From a virus (lineage: Duplodnaviria; Caudoviricetes): a DNA stretch of 36,891 bases. Below, piece by piece: positions 22,001 to 30,959 of this stretch. Below the pieces are notes generated by a model. The model was not told where the DNA came from. It was given only the letters and a program-made list of their open reading frames with translations, and did no database searches. The translations under genes were made by a program, and so were the position numbers. Location: positions 1-36,891 of the IMG/VR virus record IMGVR_UViG_3300032233_001537; one strand, given 5' to 3'. Every line of letters begins with the position of its first letter. The first letter of the stretch is position 1.

Positions 22001-25000
22001 CATTAGTAGTCGTTGTTAAACCAATTTGAGTGACAATTCCAATATAATCAACTGATTTATTAATAATATAAACTGTTTGACTATTACCACTAAATGGTAA
22101 ATTGAAGGATGTTGAACCAGATGTATTTGCTACAGATATAGCAGAAGCAGAACCTGGTTTTACAAATGTTACACTCTGATTATTTTTAAATGGATGATTT
22201 GGTAGGTATATGGATTGTGTAGGAATAAAAATAGTTTTATTAGTTGTGATCCCTACATTATAATTAACTGGAATTCCACTTCCACTAGTTGTTCCTACGC
22301 CAACAGATTGGTTAGGATTAAAATAGACGGTATCATTAATTTTTGAATCGAAATATTCTGATGTTTTGTTTAATGTAAATGAGTTTGGTATAAAATATAT
22401 TGGTGTTGATGCGGTATGTATTCCCCCAGACACATCTCTTGATATTCTTAAGACATTCTGATATTTAAAAATATTTAAGATAGAGCAAATTTCTGTTCCT
22501 ATTCCAATACTACTTCCTATTGAAATATTATCAGGAATAGTGGAGAAGTAAATGTCAGTAATAATTCCAGTTGAAGAATAACTTGGAACATCTCTAGTTA
22601 AAGAAGACGAATAAGTTACAATTCCAACTTGATAAAAACCATTAATAGAACTTAATGAGGTTGAAAATCCAGATATTGTAATATAATCAAGATTATTTAA
22701 ATTATGATTAACTGGAACTTTTACCTCTATTGTGTTTCCATTTTTCCAAGTAAAAATTGAATCAGTATATGAGGTTGTATTGGTTTGTAAATTTAAAATT
22801 GGCTTGCCAGTTATTTCAGATACTTCTACTATTAATCCACTACCATCACTGTTAGATTCATCAAAATTTACCAAATCACCCTTTTTATAATTAGATCCAG
22901 ATTTAATAATTCTAAAATCTTCAATAGAACCACTAGTAACAGATTCAACTAATGCTAACTGATTAATTATTTCATTTGATTCAATTAAAAAGTCATTGTT
23001 TGCATATTCATCTTTTACTTTATATGGAAATGTGTTTCTAATTAATTTTGAATTATTAAAATCAAAGGATTGATTTAAAGTTTTATTTTCGCGTATAAAT
23101 TTAGATCTGTATCTGTTTCCAATAAAATATGGGAAACTTCCAACAATATTTCCATTATTATCAACAATAGATGTTGCAAAATATGCATAAACTCCGTTTG
23201 GAAATTCTGGTGTTACACAAAATCTTCCATTATATTCATCTAAATCTCCAGAATTTGTAAATTTATAATCATCTACAAAAAATTTAATGTCAAATGTTGG
23301 TGGTCTATCTTCAATATTAGTTAAACTTGCAGAATAACCAGATACTAATCTTTTAATTGGAGAGTTATTATTTTTAGGATTTGTATATCCATAAGATCCA
23401 TATATTGGATTTCCATCATATGCCCATCCAATAATTGGAGAATGTGATAGTCCAGTATCATTGAATGAAGTTTGAAGATTTCCAAAATATCCAGAGATAC
23501 TATATTGTAAATTATTTGTGCTTGACCTAATAATTTCATTTGCCAATAAAGCATTGTCATTTATATCATCATATAAACGATTATTATCAACTGATAATGA
23601 TCTAACTTGAATATCAAAAAGTGCCGATTTACCAGACGAAACAGCAACTACTGATGTATTATCTTGAGAGTAACCAATACCTGGATTAACTACTATTACA
23701 CTATTAATTCTATTATTTTCTATTACGGGTCTTAGAATGGCACCTGTTCCTACCCCAGAGACAATTAGATCTGGAGAAGAATAGTATTCAACTCCTTTAT
23801 AAAGAACAGTTACTTCCTTTATTCTACCATTTACAACTACTGGAGCAAATTTGGCATATTTACCATTTTTTATGCTTATAGTTGGTTTTTGATGATAGTT
23901 TAATGTTGTAGAACCATAACCAGATCCTGAATTATAGATGTAAGTATCTACAATTTTACCTCTGATTACTGGAACTGCATTAATTGTTCCTCTATATTGA
24001 GTGCTTCCGAGACCAACTGCACTATATTCAACAGTTAAAGATATATTTGGATAACTAAAAATATGATACCCACTTCCAGTTGATCCAATACTAGTATATT
24101 TTCTTCTATCATAGTCAGTTTTTATAGTTCCACCAACTCCAGCATTGGCAAGTCTAAACGTATTTTCATCTTCTTTTAAAATATAATATTGATTTAATGT
24201 TGAAATACCAGAAATTGCAGAAGATGGTGAAAGGGTTGTAATTCCAGCATTAGAATAAACAACTCTTTCACCATCTTTAAATCCATGATTTGGGAAGTAT
24301 AAAGTATTATTTGCAGTTGAAACGCCTACAGGTAAAACTCTAAGATTTCTATTTTCATATCCACTTCCACCATTTATTACTTTAATTGAAGATAGAGTCC
24401 TTTTTGGTTCAGTTAGAAATTGGTGAATTCCTGATGTCCCAACAGTTGTAAATCCTACAGTATTAATTCCAGATTGATAATCTGAGTTAGATTTGTAAAG
24501 TTGGATTGTAGTATCACTAATATATTTTGTATAATATGTTGACCCACTATTCAATGTTTGTCCATCACTAATATTCAATCCTCCAAATGTTCCTATTCCC
24601 AGTGATGGATTATTTTGAGGATTATAAGTTATTGGTTGTCCATCAATTAAATTGTGATTAGATAGAAATGTAATTGTTTCGACATTAACATCAATTCCAC
24701 CACCATATGATATTTCTCTAGCATCGAATTCAATTCCTCTATTTTTTGTTTCTAAAACAGGTTCAAAAGATGCTCCAGTTCCATTTCCACCAGTAAGATT
24801 GACTGAAACTATAACATCTACGTTAAAATCTTGAGGATCTACATATATTTTCTGAATAGATCCACTAACAACTGGTTCTATAAGAGCAGTTCCTGATGAA
24901 AAACTCAATAAAGGTTTATTAATTACATCATACCCAGTTCCTTCGTTTAAAATATTAACTGCTGATATTGGACCATAATAAACTTTATCTAAAGTTTTAT

Positions 25001-27155
25001 AATTTGCAATTTCAACACCATTAATTAATACGCCAACATAACCTGGTTCAGTTAAATCGGATTTTCCATCTCCAATATTTGGAGAAAGGGGAAATTTTCT
25101 AAGTATTTTTTGTGGGGAAATTTTATTTTCTTTTTGAGAATTTAATAAAAAATTATGAGTTCCCGATGGCAAAGATCCTGCTAAAGATGATTGTAATTTT
25201 ATATAATTATTTGTTCCAATTACTGATCTAGAGTTATATAACCTAATTTTTTGGTTTCCTATCAATTCAATGTAATATATTCCCTCAACCAATCCACCAA
25301 TCGGTGTTCCCGAAGGTTTATAGTAGACTTCACTACCATTAAAAAATGAAATTGGAGTCGAAAAATTAATTATTGAGTAGGTGTCAGTAACAGAATCATA
25401 CCCACTAGTAGTTGTAATACCACTAGCATTGTATGAAAGTAATCCCCTACTAATTGTATATGATGGTAATGAGTTGGAAGCAACATACATATACTCATCA
25501 TTTTCATTATAAACATTTTGTATATTGGCAGTTATAGGACTAAATTCCAATCCAACCGAAGATGAACTAGCATTTTTAATTTTTCTCCTAATATCATAAT
25601 TAAAACTTTGATTTAATGTAAATGAATTATTGGTAGTTATTTGTTTGTTAGTAATCTGAGTTATCGTTAAATCAGATGCTACAACAGTTTCAGATCCTTG
25701 ATTTAAAATTTCTATTTTATCGCCAATTTTAAGGCTGGATTTATCAATATCACTTTTTAATGCAACTTGAGAAATAGATCCAGATGCAAAATTGTCAATT
25801 TCATATCTCGAACTTGTATTATAAATCCAACTGTTTGCAAATATTTCTTTATATGATGCATTATTTGTTGGATTTTTAATATTTTCACCAACATTTTTTA
25901 CTGCAATTGTTTCTCCAGTTTCAATGGAAGAAGTTTGTATTACTGGAACATATTTTGATAGAACTCCTGTTAATCTTAATTCAACTTTTTTAGAAGTATT
26001 TCCATCTTCATATCCATAATAAATTTCATCCGATCTAATTACAGAAGAAATAGGTATATCTGATGTAATTCCAGAGCATCCAAAAAATTGATTAATACTT
26101 TTACTCGTGTAAGATATTGTATTGATTCCCGAGTAAATTTTTCCTTCTGTTGAAAATCCTATTGTCGAATCTACCGTAATTACAGAACCACCAATACTTA
26201 CAGGTTCTATATTTTTTGTACTGCCTGTTATGTTAAATGTTCCAGTAACAGTTGGAAATGCATCATCATATCCAATAAAAAGAAACAATTTATAATATGG
26301 TTTTCCACCTCTTCTTATAATTTCAACTTCAGAAACTGAAGCTGTGCTATTTTCATCAGTATTTTTTATGATTGTCTGACCAGAGAGTTTTAAAGGATCT
26401 CCAGAAATAGCTTCTGCAACAACAACTTCTCTTCTAACATAAGTTGCTGAGGATGGTTTTAAAAGAAATTGCTCCAGATCTATAACTTTTGGAGTTTCTC
26501 CAAATAGAACATTAAAAAGAATCCTGAATGACTCATCAGTACCCTTTGATTCATAAAGAGTGCGTGATGATTTAATAAAGTTTCCTACATTAAGATTGGG
26601 AGTAAGATTTAAGTTTTCTAATTCTGGTGTTAAAGTATACTTTGTTTTTTTATAAAACTCCTGTAAAAATAGAGCACTTAGATTTTGAACAGGTGCTAAT
26701 GCACTATGAGATGCTGCTGTTGATGTTGAAAATACTAATTCTTGATTATTTAAATCTGCATGATAACTAGTAATACCAGAGAATCCGCGAATACAACCAG
26801 TGAAAGTATTTGTTGTAATTCCCGTATAGGTTATAATTTCATCATCAATTTTTAATAATCCATATTTTGGAGGAAATCCTTTGGTTGAGGTAACTGTAAC
26901 AATCTCAGAAGAAGATGAAACATTGGTTGATAATTCAGTAAACCCAATTATCACTTCAGGAATTAAATTATCAACTTTTTTATATTGGTCGAGATTCTCT
27001 ACAATATCAATAGTTGCGCCTTGATATTCTTGGGAAATATAATATTGCTTTAAAAAATCCGAAAACTTCGGACTTTCATCTAATATGAATTCTGGAATTT
27101 GATTGTTAATTATGTCCTGAATTTTTACCCTAGATTCAAAACCAGTTTGTATCAT
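16005..27155 (-). CDS. g7: Baseplate wedge initiator gp7 (giant cyanophage form)
   Basis: 3716 aa between gp6 and gp8; FLKQYYISQE, YESKGTDESFRILFNVLFG, HSPIIGWAYDGNPIYG/DLDEYNGRF insert, DNDYYQNLSYSVKS, HTSGLKNF motifs; many GxGY repeats. Confidence 0.88.
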   Translation of the reverse strand: MIQTGFESRVKIQDIINNQIPEFILDESPKFSDFLKQYYISQEYQGATIDIVENLDQYKKVDNLIPEVIIGFTELSTNVSSSSEIVTVTSTKGFPPKYGLLKIDDEIITYTGITTNTFTGCIRGFSGITSYHADLNNQELVFSTSTAASHSALAPVQNLSALFLQEFYKKTKYTLTPELENLNLTPNLNVGNFIKSSRTLYESKGTDESFRILFNVLFGETPKVIDLEQFLLKPSSATYVRREVVVAEAISGDPLKLSGQTIIKNTDENSTASVSEVEIIRRGGKPYYKLFLFIGYDDAFPTVTGTFNITGSTKNIEPVSIGGSVITVDSTIGFSTEGKIYSGINTISYTSKSINQFFGCSGITSDIPISSVIRSDEIYYGYEDGNTSKKVELRLTGVLSKYVPVIQTSSIETGETIAVKNVGENIKNPTNNASYKEIFANSWIYNTSSRYEIDNFASGSISQVALKSDIDKSSLKIGDKIEILNQGSETVVASDLTITQITNKQITTNNSFTLNQSFNYDIRRKIKNASSSSVGLEFSPITANIQNVYNENDEYMYVASNSLPSYTISRGLLSYNASGITTTSGYDSVTDTYSIINFSTPISFFNGSEVYYKPSGTPIGGLVEGIYYIELIGNQKIRLYNSRSVIGTNNYIKLQSSLAGSLPSGTHNFLLNSQKENKISPQKILRKFPLSPNIGDGKSDLTEPGYVGVLINGVEIANYKTLDKVYYGPISAVNILNEGTGYDVINKPLLSFSSGTALIEPVVSGSIQKIYVDPQDFNVDVIVSVNLTGGNGTGASFEPVLETKNRGIEFDAREISYGGGIDVNVETITFLSNHNLIDGQPITYNPQNNPSLGIGTFGGLNISDGQTLNSGSTYYTKYISDTTIQLYKSNSDYQSGINTVGFTTVGTSGIHQFLTEPKRTLSSIKVINGGSGYENRNLRVLPVGVSTANNTLYFPNHGFKDGERVVYSNAGITTLSPSSAISGISTLNQYYILKEDENTFRLANAGVGGTIKTDYDRRKYTSIGSTGSGYHIFSYPNISLTVEYSAVGLGSTQYRGTINAVPVIRGKIVDTYIYNSGSGYGSTTLNYHQKPTISIKNGKYAKFAPVVVNGRIKEVTVLYKGVEYYSSPDLIVSGVGTGAILRPVIENNRINSVIVVNPGIGYSQDNTSVVAVSSGKSALFDIQVRSLSVDNNRLYDDINDNALLANEIIRSSTNNLQYSISGYFGNLQTSFNDTGLSHSPIIGWAYDGNPIYGSYGYTNPKNNNSPIKRLVSGYSASLTNIEDRPPTFDIKFFVDDYKFTNSGDLDEYNGRFCVTPEFPNGVYAYFATSIVDNNGNIVGSFPYFIGNRYRSKFIRENKTLNQSFDFNNSKLIRNTFPYKVKDEYANNDFLIESNEIINQLALVESVTSGSIEDFRIIKSGSNYKKGDLVNFDESNSDGSGLIVEVSEITGKPILNLQTNTTSYTDSIFTWKNGNTIEVKVPVNHNLNNLDYITISGFSTSLSSINGFYQVGIVTYSSSLTRDVPSYSSTGIITDIYFSTIPDNISIGSSIGIGTEICSILNIFKYQNVLRISRDVSGGIHTASTPIYFIPNSFTLNKTSEYFDSKINDTVYFNPNQSVGVGTTSGSGIPVNYNVGITTNKTIFIPTQSIYLPNHPFKNNQSVTFVKPGSASAISVANTSGSTSFNLPFSGNSQTVYIINKSVDYIGIVTQIGLTTTTNGLYFTSNGTNNFQYFFQSNFDQIKGDIKQVTSTVSISTSHGLTEGDKINLSVFPNLSVGIGTSTSIKVLYDPNNQKLIINPLVFSTSGINTSKDEITIQNHGLYRGQKVIYSASAVASGLSTGIYYVYKVTDDKIKLCDTFKDSTSDNPLFVNIIAANGSDHKLSSINPPLYPIKNNKFVFDLADSSLSGYNFKIFYDQDFKDEFVSTGSTNAFSVSGIGTVGVSTNASLTINYVDQLPHILFYALEKSGDVVTADKEVINYSQINFVDSSYNNSYTISGVGASTFNISLSKVPEKLSYNQYECEEFKYTTSSSSASGGISKLRVISSGSNFKSLPIFTNVSSINGNGAYIVPESKIIGRVNKIRILNEGFEYASDKTLKPESEVSKFLLIDNANTLKKINVSYGGKNYTTAPNLIIVNPENGNEIDSGLLIPIINGTSISSVNISQKPSGLPEAEVKIISINNTNGVGIQTIYSSNSSGIITCILTTPQTGFSSEPFAKYDRIFVEGIKKYGSNGYGLNSSDYGYNFFTVKEYYNSGTQLPRQIEFDTSEFGYSNPGTADTVTGIYGNIINYKNYPQFVVDQEFSNFNFGEPLQVKNQLGFFEVDLKVVNSNKNYIKITGTYEVQENDVIRGSQSGTIATIIDIKKSSGQFTISYSSDKDLGWSDDIGKLDTDTQVIADNDYYQNLSYSVKSNQKWETIVSPVNKLLHTSGLKNFADTQIVKNVSIGITAKEYADLLYSFINETRVDAINNFDRVIDVDSDGQSSRFIKFFTKKLANYIECKTNRVLKIDDISSQFTGMGTANSFELNYQSIPIFVKTFDPSNSSILNLSTGEFNIANHFFSTGEELIYSPNSSTSVGIGSTLNYVGIVTNILPSTVYAIKISNNSFKIATRKEYAVSDPAIPVSFTSVGIGTKHTFEMLQKSSKSIISINNIVQSPLAFSLLNYTVNNYGQIGASSTTFGLSGISSISLGDILKVDNEYMKVINVGFGTTVSGPISFSGTFPLVSVERGFVGTSSTTHSNLSSVSLYRGSFNIVRNKIYFTDSPRGMTTSQYYTNTFGLPEPSSSFNGRVFLRKDYTNNQIFDNISEKFTGIGQTYTLTSNGINTVGLGSTGGNGIIFINGIFQTPSTKNNTGNNFSIIETISQSILGYGTTGSGIIAGADANAIFTVFGEGQIDSLPGFISELNSPSSTLTGNSSVGISSIIFTGITSSNGSIFISNDDVNINQLPRGGMIVSLGSTPGLGYAPLVGAAVTAVVGAGGSIVSVGIGTTTGFNGNFGSGYRGTVSIAVTQYGHVGTAATITASVGAGGTLSFTIVGGGSGYTNPTINISSPSYSNLPVIGVSRLGIGSTTDTGTGLLLNVEVGASSTTGIGSTLFEVTGFKIVRNGYGFKRGDIITAVGLVTASNLSTPVSQFQLTVLDTFTDSFSAWQFGEMDYIDNIKQYQDGSRTRFPLYYNSQLVSFERNSSNSDSQLIDFNTLLIIFINGILQDPGSAYEFNGGTSFTFTQAPKEEDNVAIFFYRGSASDSNQKTVYESIKIGDSVQSFSNNNYLGITTTQNIRSVVDISSSDKIQTNNYLDQGINLQANKPSNLTWIKQKTDKIIDGQLVYKSRDVNESQVYPTAKIIRNLSTSDSQIFVDDASLFAYDSPIQFGGIIISGDTDPIAANITAVVSASGTIQGLTINQSGSGYVGATTDVIIAAPVGKSAIGYAITGSSGIVTDVIITYGGYQYNSPPTVRFENPRVIGVGIGSTATGTANITDGIVTSVTIVNPGYGYSVFPEVIFSAPGITTAKATATITNGQITSIAITNPGFGYTGSNLPEVIIPTPKVKYENIKNITGVAGSFGNITGIATAVGINTNLAIKFTLNPSPLNLSVGYPIYIYNTSVGSGVTSVDNSSNPVGVGTTFLDNIYYVSAFNSGVGIVTCDIFNTSSVVGVSTTGSSVGKFSWGRLYNSTRSSSPISVTVSGYKVDSGLSTFPTIQRRTAGLRNIGSIKKVL

Positions 27156-27156
27156 A

Positions 27157-29106
27157 TTATGACCTCGTTAATTCCCCATTCGAATAGCTTGAACGATAAT
27201 AATCTTTTGTTGAAAATATAACTCCAGATATATCATCTCCAGAAGCAATCACATCCTTAACCATATTTATTCTGCTTTTTGAAAGATTAAATGAGATATA
27301 CAGGTCCTTAAGTCCTACGACATCATTAGATTCTGGGAATGCCTGTATTTCAACTATATCCTGAGGCATTTCTGTAGAAGTAATCGTAACACTATTTAAA
27401 ATAATCTCTCCAGTTTCATAGTTTACTGTTCCAGCAGATGGAACAACAACTGGAGTTTTAAAAGTAGTTCCTGTAGTTGCAACTCCAACTAAAGGAATTT
27501 TTTTAATAATTGATATTACTCCAGTTTTTAAATCTGAATTTGGTGTATCAGTGAGATAAACCATATCAGGTTCTCCCTCAATATAAAATCCAGTCGATTT
27601 AATATTTTTTCCTTCTGAAACTACATGGAACTTATTACCATAGCAAATTTCATACTGTGTAGGAGACTTTAATAGAACTTTAAGATCTCTTCTTATTATA
27701 ACTTTTGTGATATTGGAAGTAATTGCATTATCAACAGAATCAATTACTTGTAAAACTTTACTATACTTAAATCTACCACCAAATGCATTTAAATTTGGAG
27801 AATCAGCATATGTAGATAACGCACTAATTACTTTTGTTTTTAAATCTTCAACACTACCAACTTGAGAATAATTGTAATAAATTGAGGAATCTATTTCTAC
27901 ATATAAAACTTTCAAATCAATAATATCTACGTTTATGCCAGCAACAGTATACTGTTTTAATTTATTTTTGATTGATTGTTTATTAAAATCTGAGACAAAG
28001 GAACCATTTTTTGGTTTAATACTAATGACTACTTTTCCAAACTGAGGAGGAGTCAATTCTTCGCCACCAACTATAGATACAGATTCTGCATCTGGATAAA
28101 TTTTGGATTTAATTATTGTTTCATAATCTCTAGGAGTTACGGCTCTATATTGAGATGAATATAATCTTGGCGCATATCTCTTAATTGAGTCTATATCTTC
28201 AATATTTGACCCATTTTGAGATCCTTGTATAACTTTAACACTTATTGAATTTGTTGGAACAATTGTAGATCCACTTGCATCTTTAAAAGATCCAGAGAAT
28301 GAAAATGATTTTACACCATTTCCATTTTTACCATCTGTAATGATATATGTAACTGTAATAATTGAATTATTTTCTAATTTTTTGCCAAAAATATCGTCAC
28401 CAAAAATAATCTCATATTTTTCATCTTTTACTTCTTGTATTAAGAAGATTTTTGAATCTTTGTCAACTTCAAAAATATTATCTACAACACTATATAAAGT
28501 TCCTAATCCAACTTCACTTACACCCTTCACATACACACGAATTGTTGATGTGTCGATAAAAGGATTTTCTAAAATAAATCTTTGATCTAATGACCCATTA
28601 ACTACAAATTGTTTTGTTAAAAAATTACCTTCTTTAACAACAAGATCAGTAAATTTGGCAACTCCATTACTAACTGTTGCCGTTACATTATCGGGAATTG
28701 AAAAAATATAAGAACTACTATCAGCAGATCCTGTGCATACTAATCCAGATTGTAAAGTAATAGATGGAGTATATGTAATAGATGGTGATGTTGTAATTGG
28801 AGAAACCGACACATCAAATGAAACGTTGGCATTTGCAGAAACTCTTGAGCGAGGAACATATCCAATGTTTCTTGCTAAGGACACTACATTTTCTCTAACA
28901 GTTGCAGAATCTAAGAAAGATTCATTCACAACCATATTGGAATTGAATGATGTAATATAGGTATTATACGCTAAAATATCGATCAGAACCGAAAAATTAG
29001 ATCCTTCAAAGTCAAAGTCCGTAAAATTGGAATTTGATCTAAGATAATCTTTAATCGATGTTTTTATCTGATCGAAATCTAGATTTGTAAATTTAGTAAA
29101 AGGCAT
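27157..29106 (-). CDS. g6: Baseplate wedge subunit gp6
   Basis: LDFDQIKTSIKDYL, DFDFEGSNFSVLIDILAYNTY, ESFLDSATVRENVVSLARNIGYVP, QYRAVT motifs. Confidence 0.96.
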   Translation of the reverse strand: MPFTKFTNLDFDQIKTSIKDYLRSNSNFTDFDFEGSNFSVLIDILAYNTYITSFNSNMVVNESFLDSATVRENVVSLARNIGYVPRSRVSANANVSFDVSVSPITTSPSITYTPSITLQSGLVCTGSADSSSYIFSIPDNVTATVSNGVAKFTDLVVKEGNFLTKQFVVNGSLDQRFILENPFIDTSTIRVYVKGVSEVGLGTLYSVVDNIFEVDKDSKIFLIQEVKDEKYEIIFGDDIFGKKLENNSIITVTYIITDGKNGNGVKSFSFSGSFKDASGSTIVPTNSISVKVIQGSQNGSNIEDIDSIKRYAPRLYSSQYRAVTPRDYETIIKSKIYPDAESVSIVGGEELTPPQFGKVVISIKPKNGSFVSDFNKQSIKNKLKQYTVAGINVDIIDLKVLYVEIDSSIYYNYSQVGSVEDLKTKVISALSTYADSPNLNAFGGRFKYSKVLQVIDSVDNAITSNITKVIIRRDLKVLLKSPTQYEICYGNKFHVVSEGKNIKSTGFYIEGEPDMVYLTDTPNSDLKTGVISIIKKIPLVGVATTGTTFKTPVVVPSAGTVNYETGEIILNSVTITSTEMPQDIVEIQAFPESNDVVGLKDLYISFNLSKSRINMVKDVIASGDDISGVIFSTKDYYRSSYSNGELTRS

Positions 29107-29107
29107 T

Positions 29108-29509
29108 TTATCTTGTTGCCTCTAATATAAATGAAAATTGCTGTGCCGGAATTTGTTGTCCAATAATATTAAATGAAACTGTCACTTCAAAGGTATTTAA
29201 ATCTGGTTGAGGGTCTACTTGAACAATTGTATTGTTTACTCTTGGTTCATAATTTAAAATCACTTCATTAATTTGATCTTGAATTACAGAAGCAGTTCCA
29301 TAGTCTACAAAATCAAATAAACTTTTTCTTACGTTTGATCCTAAAGTAGAATTAAAAAATCTTTCTTTAGGAATTGTTTCAACTAAATTGCGAATCGCAC
29401 GAATAATTGATCTTTCATTTGTAAGAACAGGCAAATCCTTCGTCACAGGATGTGGATCAAAAGATAAACTAATATCTTTAAAAGATCTAGATATCCTAGT
29501 AACTGCCAT
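29108..29509 (-). CDS. g25: Baseplate wedge subunit gp25
   Basis: FKDISLSFDPHPVTKDL, ERFFNSTLGS, NYEPRV motifs; precedes gp6. Confidence 0.95.
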   Translation of the reverse strand: MAVTRISRSFKDISLSFDPHPVTKDLPVLTNERSIIRAIRNLVETIPKERFFNSTLGSNVRKSLFDFVDYGTASVIQDQINEVILNYEPRVNNTIVQVDPQPDLNTFEVTVSFNIIGQQIPAQQFSFILEATR

Positions 29510-29531
29510 TTTTAAATAAGTTTTCTTTACT

Positions 29532-29539
29532 TATTTATG
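29532..29539 (-). promoter_or_regulatory. Late promoter variant (CATAAATA) for the gp25-gp6-gp7 operon
   Basis: Intergenic, 22 bp upstream of the gp25 ATG. Confidence 0.6.
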
Positions 29540-29540
29540 A

Positions 29541-29783
29541 TCATTTCCATGAAGATCCATAGGTTGGTTCAGTGCCATATTCCCAATCATCATAATCTTC
29601 ATCATTTCTAATTTTCTCATGCAAATCAGTTTGCTTCTTAAGATTATGTTTGGGGGCAAGATCGTGCATAACCTCTTGAATAATTCTTTTTGAAGGTTCG
29701 GAACAATAATCGGTAATTAATTGTTTTGTTCCCCACATTTCATGCATGTAATTTTTGTCTCTATCGACTGGTAAATTAGACAT
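29541..29783 (-). CDS. Conserved cyanophage hypothetical protein
   Basis: 80-aa ORF with AGGAG Shine-Dalgarno; MWGT..LITDY and HEKIRNDEDYDDWEYGTEP motifs. Confidence 0.75.
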   Translation of the reverse strand: MSNLPVDRDKNYMHEMWGTKQLITDYCSEPSKRIIQEVMHDLAPKHNLKKQTDLHEKIRNDEDYDDWEYGTEPTYGSSWK

Positions 29784-29847
29784 TTTAGCTCCTGTTTTAG
29801 TGAATAAAACAGAACTTTTATAAAGGAGGTTGCTATCTCCTTACTTC

Positions 29848-29854
29848 TATTTAA
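29848..29854 (-). promoter_or_regulatory. Possible late promoter (TTAAATA) preceding a structured leader
   Basis: TAAATA core overlapping the speD stop codon, followed by two hairpins and the RBS of the 80-aa gene. Confidence 0.4.
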
Positions 29855-30177
29855 CGATCTACTTCACGAATAGAATATGAATCCGAATTGAGGTATTTTA
29901 AAATTTCAATAGCGATTAATTTTGGATTTCCTTCTCCACAGGTATACACATCAACTGCTAAACATCCATTTTCCGGCCAAGTATGGCAAGAAACATGACT
30001 TTCTGAGAGTGCAATCACGACTGTGCATCCTTGAGGATAGAAGCAGTGTGAGAAAGTGTTTAAAATTTTCATTTTGGCACGTTCAATGCCCTTAATCATG
30101 ACGTTTTGGAGAGACTCTACGTCATTGATAAGATCGTGTTGAACATTATACACCTCTAAAAGAAGGTGTTTACCCAT
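29851..30177 (-). CDS. speD: Pyruvoyl-dependent S-adenosylmethionine decarboxylase family proenzyme
   Basis: MGKHLLLEVY, FYPQGCT, LSESHVSCHTWPE (E-S autocleavage site) and VDVYTCG motifs. ATG 30177 preferred; TTG 30192 is possible. Confidence 0.93.
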   Translation of the reverse strand: MGKHLLLEVYNVQHDLINDVESLQNVMIKGIERAKMKILNTFSHCFYPQGCTVVIALSESHVSCHTWPENGCLAVDVYTCGEGNPKLIAIEILKYLNSDSYSIREVDR

Positions 30178-30210
30178 CGAAAACTTTCCCAATTCAGAAT
30201 ATAAAAAATT

Positions 30211-30218
30211 TATTTATC
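30211..30218 (-). promoter_or_regulatory. Possible late promoter variant (GATAAATA) upstream of speD
   Basis: One mismatch to TATAAATA, overlapping the stop of the upstream gene. Confidence 0.4.
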
Positions 30219-30804
30219 CAATATAAAAACCTTTGCGAAAATAATCTGGATCTTCAACAAATTTCATATTTTCATGTCTTTCATCGTCCCAAACAGGAAT
30301 TGCAGTAGAATTTCCATAACGAAAATCGGGATTTCTTCGAAAATGAACTTCAATAAGATGATTGTCTATGAATTCACAATTAATCCAGTCATAATTACCT
30401 TTTAAATCATTCAAGATCTTCGGAAATTCCACTTTTTTATCAATTTTTTCCCATTTTTTCCATTTATAGTAAGGATCTTCCAAGTTTCGAGTTCCATGAA
30501 CTACTAAATCTGCTTGTTTTTGATAAAAATCAACACTTAAGTGCTCTCCTTTAAATATTTCACACCAAAATTCGGCAGGATGCATATGATCAGTATAGTT
30601 TTCAATCCATTCTTTACGAGCAAAACGACTCATACCCAATAAATTAAAGGAAGGTCTTACAATATAAAAGTCGGGTTTAGGAACTGTGGTTCCAATTGGA
30701 CCACAAGTATATCCCAATACCCGACTTAAAAATAATTTGTTATATATCCAGAGATCTGATGGATGTATATTACTCCATTCATCATTGCCATCTGGATAAT
30801 GCAT
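30214..30804 (-). CDS. ATP-grasp-fold-like protein
   Basis: 196 aa; IVRP..NLLGMS, FWCEIFKGEHLSVDF and INCEFI...LIEVHFR resemble the KP..g..G, qE.i.G.E.svd and D/E...iEvN.R motifs of ATP-grasp enzymes. Confidence 0.6.
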   Translation of the reverse strand: MHYPDGNDEWSNIHPSDLWIYNKLFLSRVLGYTCGPIGTTVPKPDFYIVRPSFNLLGMSRFARKEWIENYTDHMHPAEFWCEIFKGEHLSVDFYQKQADLVVHGTRNLEDPYYKWKKWEKIDKKVEFPKILNDLKGNYDWINCEFIDNHLIEVHFRRNPDFRYGNSTAIPVWDDERHENMKFVEDPDYFRKGFYIG

Positions 30805-30959
30805 TATCCCTTTCCTTGCCCTCTATACTTCTTACGTGCTTCATTACGAGAAGAAGCAGCATACTTAGTTCCAGATCCATCTCCTTGACGAGATTTCTTA
30901 GGAGCACCGGCAATATAAGAACTATTCTTATTCAGACCACCCTTTACTTTTGCAGCCAT
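30804..30959 (-). CDS. Small basic Lys/Arg/Gly-rich protein ending KKYRGQGKG
   Basis: Below the ORF-track cutoff. Manual translation MAAKVKGGLNKNSSYIAGAPKKSRQGDGSGTKYAASSRNEARKKYRGQGKG; TAATG overlap with the next gene and GGAG upstream. Confidence 0.8.
   Translation of the reverse strand: MAAKVKGGLNKNSSYIAGAPKKSRQGDGSGTKYAASSRNEARKKYRGQGKG

Noticed and set aside
3719-27155. Very large gp7 and VrlC-like genes, and GxGY repeat insertions in gp14 and gp7
   Set aside because: Usual for T4-like cyanophages; I saw no intein, intron or frameshift in the translations.
980-28960. Numerous short plus-strand or out-of-frame ORFs inside the structural genes
   Set aside because: They lie within well-supported long CDSs, lack expression signals and are typical antisense shadows.
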